Shown in pieces: positions 40,111-50,262 of a DNA stretch of 64,000 nt (its first letter is position 1; each line of letters begins with the position of its first letter). The notes beneath the pieces were generated by a model. That model did no database searches and had not been told where the DNA came from. It saw nothing but the letters and a program-made list of their open reading frames with translations. The position numbers and the translations under genes were made by a program. The stretch comes from Octopus bimaculoides. Lineage: Eukaryota. The DNA is taken from NCBI RefSeq assembly GCF_001194135.2, contig NC_068990.1, positions 79,825,436 through 79,889,435 on the forward strand, read 5' to 3'.

Positions 40111-41312
40111 AAAAAAAATTGCCGTCAGATATAAAGAGATTTTAATGAAATTCATTTGATCGACGTTCATGAATGCCTGAGGTTAGTTTCTAGTTAAGTA
40201 ACTACAGTTCACTCTGAAGTAATGTGGTCATATGTAGTTACTTTAGTATAAGTAAGATGGAAGCTCACATATATTGCAACCGGAGGGTATATTTATCTCC
40301 CCTGTTTTTCATTTCACGGCAGAGTTACATCTCTTACGCACTGTGATTCAGAAGTTCATATTTTATAACTGATTTGTCTTGGAAGTGAAGGTAAGAATAT
40401 AATGTTTAGTGAAGCGAATGTGTATTATCGAATATCAACAATTAATAAGATGGGTTTACCCCTAATTTTAATATGATTTCTTATCAAATATCAAAGTATA
40501 TATAACAGCACTGAATTAATCAAAATGCATGAAACAACACTGAGGCAAACACAAGATGACCTAAATTATTGAAGATAAATCTACAATTTTGATTAGAGAC
40601 TAATCCATTCTCAAATATATTTGTAAATATAAGCATGTAAATATGTAGAACAAATTACAGGGTCATGCTGCATTACATAGAAATGGTAGTGGACCTTTCT
40701 ATACACATCCCTTCTAAAATTCTATTTTATTCTTATTTTATTCTCACTTAATCTAACTTAAGAAGGACGGGCGCATTAAAAGTGTGTGCCAAGATGTACA
40801 AACGGACAGGTCTGGAAAACCTATGATAAAAGGTTTCCCGATCGAGGTTCATCTGAGGTTAAACAACCAGAGCAAAAACAACAAAATTATTTCCCGAAAT
40901 TCGTACCGCAATGATAAATTCTCTACAGAAGTTAAAAAACTGAACTACAAAGGTCATGGACACGAACTTCACGATACCTACACTAAAACAATTTAACACA
41001 CAATACACATACATTTCTACGCAAATATACTTACAAACATATACTCATATGGCTAGAAACTCACACATATACACACACTATCGCACAAACATCCACATAT
41101 ATATTTACGTCATATCAACACACATATAACGTTAAAATTATTAGTTGACGTACAAATATATAAAACTTGATCATTCTCTGAGAAGTAAAGATTACAATGT
41201 ACTGTATGTGCGTGTATTCGTATGTGTATGTGTGTGAGCATGTATGTCTGTATGTGCATATATGAGTGTACATATTTTGTGTATTTATGTCTATATGATA
41301 TATTTATTACTA

Positions 41313-41382
<70 letters not shown>

Positions 41383-41992
41383 CACACATATGGGAGTGTT
41401 TCTCCCTCTAAACACACGGACACGCACACATATTTTAATGTCTTATTTTGTCCATGTGCCTATACGCAAGTACTTATGTATGTATGTATGTATGTATGTA
41501 TGTATGTATGTATGTATGTGTGATTTACTGGAAAGTTATTTGAATTGTAATTTATTGTTCTGAAAGAAAACAAAACATTGACTCTAGATTTAATTGAATT
41601 TATGGGAGGATATTAATTTTTTTACTTGTTACTTCAAACCGAAATTGTTTCGTATCCCAGTGGCAATTTTTCTCCTTTAGATTTTATATATAATGTGTGA
41701 GTTGTTATGAAAACAATCCTTTTATGAGTTCATCATATAGCGAACAGAATAATGCTGCATCAGGAGAAATACATTAGAGATCAACATTTAACACAGAAGA
41801 TGCGAGAAGATATATACATAACCCCTCCCAGTCATTCGTTCTCACACGATACGCACATGTATATACGTACATGTATATACGTACATGTAAATCTGCACAT
41901 AAAGACAGACAGACAGACAGACAGACACATACACATACACACAAACGTACGGGTGTTCAACATCGTATTCATGGCTAAATATTTTTCATTTG

Positions 41993-41994
<2 letters not shown>

Positions 41995-42034
<40 letters not shown>

Positions 42035-42182
42035 CACACACAGACACACCGACACACACACACACATGTATATGTATATAAATGTATATATATATATATG
42101 TACGTATGTATATATATGTTTATGTATATATGTATGCATGTATGTATATATGTATATATATATGTGTATATATATGTATATA

Positions 42183-42255
<73 letters not shown>

Positions 42256-42300
42256 GTGTGTGTGTGTGTGTGTGTATTTTTATATGCATGTATATATATA
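41995..42300 (+). repeat. (TA)n/(TG)n/(TATG)n microsatellite complex
   Basis: Read directly from the sequence. Confidence 0.95.
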
Positions 42301-42304
42301 TTTT

Positions 42305-42590
42305 TTCTTTTCTTGTTAAGTTTCAGTCTAAGGACTGCGGTCATGCTGGGGCATCACCGTTTACTTTACTACACTTTCACTAAACTTCCTCTGATATGTG
42401 ACATTTGGTGGATGATGGAGTTTGAAGTTGCTGCCCTCATCTGTGTTTCTTGCCTAGAGGTAAGATCATCCGGAACTCTTGACAGAAGGAGATCTAGTTT
42501 TCTTTTGAAGAAGCTCACATCCATGCGATGCAAGTCCCTCCGGATTTGTGGGTTATATTAAAGAGCTGTGGGTTCATGGAAAATAATATG
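42305..42590 (-). mobile_element. CR1-group LINE 3' end (ORF2 C-terminus and 3' UTR)
   Basis: PQLFNI / RDLHRMDVSFFKRKLDLLLSRVPDDLTSRQETQMRAATSNSIIHQM...* then UTR CCCCAGCATGACCGCAGTCC..GACTGAAAC. Confidence 0.8.
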
Positions 42591-42726
42591 AGTAGCTTAT
42601 TAGCAATTTAACAACTTAAAGGCGAATTAATAGACGCCACTAAAGTGACAGAGGGTACTAATTAGTATCAACATTGCTAGAAATAAGAGTCAAAACAACT
42701 CAATAGCCACAAAGCACTCTCTTAAC

Positions 42727-42850
42727 GGCTGACAAGTGAACGTAAGCCCCGAGCGGTAAGAGTCACTGATGAGGATTAAGATGCTACATTAAAATCCGAA
42801 ATCATCGATTTGGCTATATCCGTTAGGGGCTTACTTCCCCCTTGTCAGTC
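42727..42850 (+). ncRNA. Type I hammerhead ribozyme (HHR1) with extended stem I
   Basis: Core CTGATGA 42766-72, stem II GGATT/AATCC, GAAA 42798-801, stem III ATC/GAT, NUH = ATT 42808-10, stem I AGTCA/TGGCT extended by AGCGG/CCGTT, GTAAGCCCC/GGGGCTTAC and GGCTGACAAG/CTTGTCAGTC. Confidence 0.88.
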
Positions 42851-43204
42851 AAATAAACACACACACACACACACACACAAATGTAATTATACATGAATAT
42901 GATGGTTGTCCACTCATTAGACGGGCATGACCATCGTTGACAGTTAAGTGTCAGCTATGTTCTTGTCAGTCGAGTATGGCGTGTACAACACTAAAACTGC
43001 TCTCACTAGAGGTAGGCCTTAACAAAGACCAGAGGTCCCTACTCCCAGTAGGCTTATAGCGCCCTCGGACACCAACCCGAGTTTTCTAAGAGAAACAAGC
43101 AATAATAAACCTCTGAGCGAGAAGTAAACAGTTGCAGTACGGAATCGTGTAGTATATTTCTCCTTTTCCGAGATCAGTGATAATTTGTCACTGGAAAAAG
43201 CATG

Positions 43205-43346
43205 TAGTATTTTGCGTTTGGAATGAGTTCTCATCGGTCGCTGGTGATTATCACACACTGATGACGGGTTACTACCCAGAAACCGGGGTCTTCGTGTCTC
43301 ACGTAAGGCTAGAGATAGGAACGATGATTTCCCTTCACAAATACTA
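43205..43346 (+). ncRNA. Second type I hammerhead motif (HHR2), partly degenerate
   Basis: CTGATGA 43258-64, stem II GGGT-TACT-ACCC with a C/A closing mismatch, GAAA 43279-82, stem III ACC/GGT, GTC 43288-90, imperfect long stem I closed by TAGTATTT/AAATACTA. Confidence 0.7.
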
Positions 43347-43513
43347 ATCGGAAACAGACAGAGTGTCGTTAGCCAGCTGGAGGAGATGTCTTCCTGGGGC
43401 TATAAACAACAGTAGCATCGTCCCTTATGGGTCCGCTACATTTTAGGGACAAATATTCTTCACAATTCTGTCCTGCTATTTACTTCTTGCTCAGAGATTT
43501 ATTATTGCTATAC

Positions 43514-43552
<39 letters not shown>

Positions 43553-43721
43553 NNNNNNNNNNNNNNNNNNNNNNNNNNNNNNNNNNNNNNNNNNNNNNNN
43601 NNNNNNNNNNNNNNNNNNNNNNNNNNNNNNNNNNNNNNNNNNNNNNNNNNNNNNNNNNNNNNNNNNNNNNNNNNNNNNNNNNNNNNNNNNNNNNNNNNNN
43701 NNNNNNNNNNNNNNNNNNNNN
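43553..43721. other. Assembly gap (N)
   Basis: N run. Confidence 1.
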
Positions 43722-43827
43722 GTTGGTCATCCCTCTAATTTTTGTATGTAATATAATTTTAATCTTCGGATTTTTTTAATATGCTAGACCACTGGTTTTA
43801 ATTGATTAATTTCAATTTCTACCCTCA

Positions 43828-43869
<42 letters not shown>

Positions 43870-44251
43870 CACCTGTAGATGTGGTATATTTATACTCATA
43901 TGGATAGGTATAAGTATGAACGTATATACATATATCTTTTTATAAATAACTATATACATGTTAGCATATAGACAGATTCTTTCATTTCTTATTGACCCCC
44001 TCCTACATACACAGTAATTCCGATGACTCATATATACTCTTGAGGTTACAATCCAATACTTTTCATAGTAACAACATTTGTTTACAAAAATCAAAACAAA
44101 TACGATTATATTGATGCACAAATAAAAAATGAAAATGCGAGTAGAGACTATCCTATAAAAATATATAGAAAACTCAATTCGCTTCCTAAATTTAGTTGTG
44201 AATTATTATTATTGCCTGATAACAGACGCCATGTGTAGACAGATCATATAG

Positions 44252-44291
<40 letters not shown>

Positions 44292-44449
44292 ACGAAACAG
44301 CGACAAAACGGTCTGGTGTTATTTATAAATACATCATTTAAAAGGAAAACAACATATGTACAATAATGGCATTAAATCTAAAACCCGGAATTTGAGGAAA
44401 CTGGGGACGGTATTTGTTGGTAAAAATAAGGACAGTATTTTGGAAGAAG

Positions 44450-44702
44450 TGTACAGTTCTACATTTGAGAGATTGGGAATTATGTACATTATTTACATTT
44501 GACAGATATTTGTCCTCATCTTGTTTGTTGTTTCAGCTGATATAACCTCCAGCCTTCATCAGGTGTCTTGGGGGAAATTTCGAACCTGGGTTTTTCGATG
44601 TATTTATTATTATTATTACTATTCTTCAGGTCACTGCTTGGAATCGAACTCGGAATCTTGGGGGTTAGTAGCCCGCGCTCTTAACTACTACGCTATATGC
44701 CC
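44450..44702 (-). mobile_element. tRNA-headed short element containing a hammerhead-like core
   Basis: Minus strand head GGGCATATAGCGTAGTAGTTAAGAGC...CCGAGTTCGATTCC (A and B boxes), short TAA tract, GACAC-CTGATGA-A-GGCTG..CAGCT-GAAAC, tail AATGTAAATAATGTACA. Confidence 0.75.
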
Positions 44703-44864
44703 GTAGGCAATTATGGAGTGAATTTTAGTGCTTATAAATCTAATATTTTCATAACTGGAGTGAATAGTATGTTTTGCAGGTAGTTGTTACTTAATAGATT
44801 GTTACTGAGCTTGATCATTTCTTCGTGGTGGGTATCAGGATCGCTACTTATATTCTTTGCTCGA

Positions 44865-45175
44865 TACATCTAACTTTGTAGATGTAGAGACTCAAAGCTA
44901 ATACCACCTGGCTTGAATATAATGGCACCAGTGGATTCATATAAAGCTAGAAGAGTAGCGGAAAGGGCAGGACATATCCTCGTCCGTGAGAGGATCCTTT
45001 AAAACCGTTGGAAGAAACATCAACTAAATAACGAAATCAGAGAGGTTGTCTTTATTACTTAGGAAAATAACCGGAGATGATGATAGAAAGAGAATCCAAC
45101 AAGATCTAGAAAAGTCGTATATGAAAGAATTTGAAATGGTGAAGACACGCCAGATTTAAGAAATTTATGAAACTC
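44865..45175 (+). pseudogene. N-terminal fragment of a Penelope-like element ORF
   Basis: HLT(fs)RCRDSKLIPPGLNIMAPVDSYKARRVAERAGHILVRERIL*... resembles the PLE N-terminal HLxF..RC....IP.GL...LxRERI pattern as I recall it; cut off by a SINE. Confidence 0.65.
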
Positions 45176-45177
45176 AA

Positions 45178-45392
45178 AGATGGCGAGCTGGCAGAATCGT
45201 TAGCACACCTGGCAAAATGTTGAGCGGCATTTCATCCGTCTTTATGTTCTGAGTTCAAGTTCTGCCGAGGTCGACTTTGCCTTTCATCCTTTCGGTGTCG
45301 ATAACATAAGTACCAGTTAAACTCTGGGGACGATTTAATCATCTTACTCGCTTCCTACGCAACTACTGGCCTTGTGCCACTTGTTTGAAATC
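45178..45392 (+). mobile_element. SINE family A
   Basis: GGCGAGCTGGCAGAATCGTTAGC, GAGTTCAAGTTC, GCCTTTCATCCTTTCGG, tail GGCCTTGTGCC. Confidence 0.9.
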
Positions 45393-46551
45393 ATCATTAT
45401 CATAATGATTATTATCCTTATTTTACTAGGTTAATCTTTAATGTCTGTTTTCATTGCAAAACGGAGGCAATTTTTTGTTACTCGGTTACATGCAGTGTTT
45501 TGTTTACTTTCATTTCTGTTTATTGTACGGAAATGGCATTTTAGACTGATAACGATGTTTTATCCAATGTCGGAAATAAAGAAATAATAATGAGTTCTTT
45601 TCTACAATAAAGCAAGATGTGAATGCACGGAAAGTGATTTCCTTCGACAACCGAATCAATGAAGATATTTTCTAAATTGTTTCATACCTTTGGCTTCGAT
45701 CTTTTCTCCTTTATAATTGAATTCTTTGGTTACAACTAAATTTAGTTTCTCTCATTTCATTTTGCTCAAAATTATTATATCAACAGTATTGGGACACTGC
45801 AGATTTCCTTCTCAATGAAGTTAATTATATAAATAAGGATAACTCTGAACGTAAAAGAAAAACAAAGCAAATGATTCTGTTATATATCATTGCATATACA
45901 AACACGTGCACACATGCTTTCTTGCGTATACAAATGTTTGAATACATGCGTACGTATATCTATTAATACACACACACAAACAAACACACACACACAAACA
46001 CACACACACATATACACACATGCCTTCGTGAGAGCATACATACGTTTATATCAGCATTATGATATCTATACATACATGTATGTATACATGTATTTATATA
46101 TGTGTGTGAGTGTCTATATATATATGTACGCACAAATTAATGTATGTGTGTTTCTGCGTGCATGTGCAAGCATGCGCAGCTACGAATGTATGCCTGTGCA
46201 TATAGAGTATAATGTATATAATATCCATGCATGTTTTTCATTGTGTTGACGCGTGCTGTTTGGATATCCAGAGAAGAAAGGCTTACAATTGAAGCTAAAA
46301 ACGTGACTTTTCTGAGAGATTTCCCAGGAGATTCAGGAACCTGCTATAACAAGGATTATTTCTTGGAGCTTAAGATAATGGAATAGAAAAAGCAACACAA
46401 AGCAATTTCACTGCTATTATTTTCCCTTTCGACAGCCTTTCCTACTTCGACTTTCTGCTGGCTGGCATTCGGTTTGGCCTAACAGCCATAGAAGCTTTTC
46501 AGAATGGGTGTTATATTAACGTGTTTACCCTGTTATATATACCTCATACAA

Positions 46552-46612
<61 letters not shown>

Positions 46613-46945
46613 GACAAATTGTTGCAATAAGATAATATACAATACACTTGGTGCAATCCCTCAGGTGTATAATACAACTACAAGCATTTTCTGGTATAAA
46701 TTTAATGCATAAACAGCCAACATTAATTAACCTTCTTCGTGCAAAGAACTGCATAGAACATGTCAAATATACAGATTAATTATTGTACGCAGTATATTCC
46801 GGAATCACAGTATTTAGGTTTTCTTTTGTAACAATAACGTCTTCGAATATACACTACTTGTTCGCCATACAGCCAAGGAATTGGCTGAATTGTATACCTG
46901 CATACACTAAAAAACATTCACACGCACATATGTACAGGTACATTA

Positions 46946-47152
46946 TCCTTTCTCCTGTAGGCACAAGGCTTGAAATTTTTGTAGAAGGAGATAATCGACA
47001 TAATCAACCCCATTGTTTCACCGGTACTTATTTCATCGACCCCAAAAGGGTGATAGGTAAAGCACGGCGGTATTTAAACTCAGATCGTACAGCCAAACGA
47101 GACACCACTACGCATTTTACCCTGCGTGCTAACGGTTCTGCCAACTCGCCGC
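46946..47152 (-). mobile_element. SINE family A with a 12-bp target-site duplication
   Basis: Family motifs on the minus strand; TATGTACAGGTA at 46929-46940 and 47156-47167. Confidence 0.85.
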
Positions 47153-47294
47153 TTTTATGTACAGGTATATAATAGTAACATTACATCTAAATTCTTTGCA
47201 GATGATAATTTTAATTCGGAAAATTCAGATTTCTAAAAATTTAGTCCTTAGCTGTGCCAACTTGCTAAATTAAAATAAGTATGATGGAGTAATG

Positions 47295-47561
47295 TAAAGA
47301 CGGACGAAATGCCGCTGAGCATTTCGACCGGTGTGCTAACGATTCTGCCAGCTCACCGCCCTGATAATGACAATAATAATAATAGTTGCATCATCTTAAC
47401 CATTTGAACATGTAGTGGGGGATCATCATTGTCATGTATTGAAAGGAATTCTTTGGGATTTTAATAATACTGCTTGAAATATGGGTGTTTCGTTCTTCAT
47501 CCTTAAACAAACCTTATTCAGGGACCTTGTCTGCAAGAGGGGCTACTCGAACTGAAGAAAA
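47295..47561. repeat. SINE head plus a second repeat; diverged copy of 49113-49428
   Basis: Collinear alignment by eye, including the junction between the two parts. Confidence 0.85.
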
Positions 47562-48688
47562 AGGTAGTCTATGAGTCTCTCAACATCTACGGACATGACT
47601 ATGTATAGAAAGCGATTCTATTTACAATTACAGCGTGCAAGACACATATAAGCCATCTGTACTTAATCATCATTATTTGGGGAGAAAATATTTGGGGACA
47701 AAATGTACATGCGTTTTTGAATGGTTAATACGTCTTTCGCAATGTAATTGTTTTAGTTTCAACACCGTTTCTGATCAAATCTCTTCTATTTAGTCGACCG
47801 ATTAAAAAAAAAAATATATAAGTTAAACATGTCCCTGGAAAGGTTCTGCACTGTCAGCATAATTAACAGAATACCATACTCCGAGAAGCTCCATAGTCAC
47901 AACTCTTCATTACGAATGAAATCCAATGGAAACAACTGAAACAGGAATAATCCGACCGAAATGTTAACCTTTATCTATGTGTGTTGTCTTTGTCGAACTT
48001 GCTTCTCTGGTAGAATTGTTCATCGTGTGATATTCTTTTTAAAAAACTAATCAGAGATCATGCCTATCATCACGACTGGCATCAGTATTTTGAAAAATGG
48101 CATTTGTAGAGACTAAAGTACTGGCAATGTTTAAATCTTCTATGTCGTGTTCGCCTTTGTCTGATATCGGAAATTAGTCTTATTTGAAATAATTGATGTC
48201 ACGTAAGTTTCAGATGAAGTGGTCTTAGAAACAACACAGATATACCGCCAATAAAAAATGATATTAAAACGACATGAAAAGAAAATCTTAGAGCTCTTAA
48301 TACTTTGATTTACTGATGATGAGACATTCATCGAAATGAAGCAAATATTGATATTCTCCATAGTAACACCATAATATTACTTTTTTTATGTTTACGATAG
48401 CTGAATAATTGATAGCTGCTGATGGTTGGTGTCCCTAAAATACCGGCCTTCAAGTGATATTACAGCACGTCACATATCAAAATGCTGAAGAAAATCATGA
48501 TCTTTTTGACCTATGACAAACAATCAGGAAATCTAAAGAAAACAATGTGAAATCAGAAACTCATGCAGAATTCAGTTTAGTGCAGATAAAAAGCAAACAG
48601 TTTGATATTTACAAAAGTATTTGTAATATCATGCTGATGTTAGAAGTCTGATGGTCGTATTCGAAATAATTATAGAGGTGAGTGTGAC

Positions 48689-48744
<56 letters not shown>

Positions 48745-48745
<1 letters not shown>

Positions 48746-49178
48746 CCCTTCTACTAAAGGCACGGGACCTGAAATTTTGGGGGAGGAGTTAGTTAATCAT
48801 ATCGACCCCAGAACGTGACTGTTACTTATTTCGTCGACCCCGAAAGGATGTCAGGCAAAGTTGACCTCGGTGGAATTTGAAATAAGAACATAAAGACAGA
48901 AGGAATGCGACTAAGTTCTTTGTCCAGCGTGCTAACGTTTCAGTCAGCTCCCTACCTTAATAGCGATAATAATAATAATCCTTTCTATTAAAGGCACGTG
49001 GCCTGGAATTTTGGGGGAGGGCACTAGTCTATTACATTGACTCCAGTGTTTCACTGGTAGTTAAGCTATCGATCCCACCATAAAAATGAAAGGCAAAGTC
49101 GACCCCAGAACATAAAGACGGACGAAATGCCGTTGAGCATTTCGCCCGGTGTGCTAACGATTCTACCAGCTCACCGCC
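48745..49178 (-). mobile_element. Two tandem SINE family A copies separated by (AAT)n
   Basis: 48745-48956 and 48979-49178 each carry tail, core and head motifs. Confidence 0.88.
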
Positions 49179-49199
49179 TTGATAAGGACAATAATAATA

Positions 49200-49537
49200 A
49201 TAGTTGCATCATCTTAACCATTTGAACATGTCACTTAGTGGCTGACTATATTTGCATCTCTGATCACGAGCTGAAGTTGTGGGGGGACCATCATTGTCAT
49301 GTATTGAAAGGAATTCTTTGGGATTTTAATAATTTACTGCTTGAAATAGGGGTGTTTCATTCTTCATCCGTAAACAAACCTTATTCAGGGATCTTGTCTG
49401 CAAGAGGGGTTACTCGAACTGAAGAAAATTCTCACTGGGCCCCACTTACAAGGTCATACACTGTTCACCATGATGCGAGTTCACCATGTCGCTAAACATT
49501 TTGCCCGGCGTGCTAACGACTCTGCCAGCTCACTGCC
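49200..49537. mobile_element. Unclassified interspersed repeat followed by a SINE A head fragment (49488-49537, minus)
   Basis: Duplicated at 47385-47561; the head fragment matches family A. Confidence 0.6.
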
Positions 49538-49574
49538 TTAAATAATAATAATAATAATGATAATGATGATGATG

Positions 49575-49962
49575 ATGATGATGATAAATGTTTTTTAATC
49601 GATACATCAATACTAACAGATGCCAATGTTTTTCTGAAAGAAACGGAGAAACTTTCAAAATACAAAGCTCTTGAAATAGAGGTAACTCGAATGTGGAGCC
49701 TGAAAACAGAAATAATTCCTATCATAGTAGGCGCATTAGGCATGATAAAAAAAAACATTCAGACAAATGCATAACAAAAACACTAGGACTTACAAGTATA
49801 TATAACATACAGAAAATAGCACTACTAAGCACTGCACACTTCCTACGTAAAGCACTTTCAATACAGTGAAAATAAGAGCACTACAGCAAACCACAGCACA
49901 TACCCAAGGCACACAGAGCTGCGCTCGGTAATGCAGTGAAATCATGTGATAAAATAAGACTT

Positions 49963-49968
<6 letters not shown>
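49575..49968 (+). mobile_element. R4/Dong-type non-LTR retrotransposon 3' end (REL endonuclease)
   Basis: KCFLIDTSILTDANVFLKETEKLSKYKALEIEVTRMWSLKTEIIPIIVGALGMIKK(fs)...QKIALLSTAHFLRKALSIQ*, then 3' UTR and (TAA)n. Confidence 0.85.
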
Positions 49969-50028
<60 letters not shown>

Positions 50029-50029
<1 letters not shown>

Positions 50030-50262
50030 TCCTACGTAAAATACTGTCTATGTGATCTCAAATTTTAAAGCAAACACATAATTTTCTTATGGTTTCTTAA
50101 ACATTCAGTTGAACAAAACTGTACAAATCCAAATATATGGTACCCTAGGCATAACACCTACATGAACTTCTAACTTGTTGTCTCTTGAGGTCTCTGGGTG
50201 AGACTTGGATCCAACTTGTACAAATGCAAAACAAAAGTCAAACATAAAATAATAATAATAAT
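50029..50262 (+). mobile_element. Probable 3' end of a second R4/Dong-like family
   Basis: Begins ILRKILSM* (compare FLRKALSIQ* at 49840-49869), followed by a different UTR and a (TAA)n tail. Confidence 0.6.

Noticed and set aside
42895-42940. SECIS element (as in selenoprotein-encoding PLEs)
   Set aside because: No apical AA and the helix between the putative GA quartets is too short.
43030-43085. HDV-like ribozyme
   Set aside because: A P1/P2/P3 nested pseudoknot could not be assigned; only simple hairpins.
44629-44702. Functional tRNA gene
   Set aside because: The acceptor, anticodon and T stems pair poorly and it runs into a repeat body, so it is treated as a tRNA-derived head.
48310-48345. 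CTGATGA...GAAA motif
   Set aside because: Stem II cannot close without using core bases, and there is no stem III or stem I.
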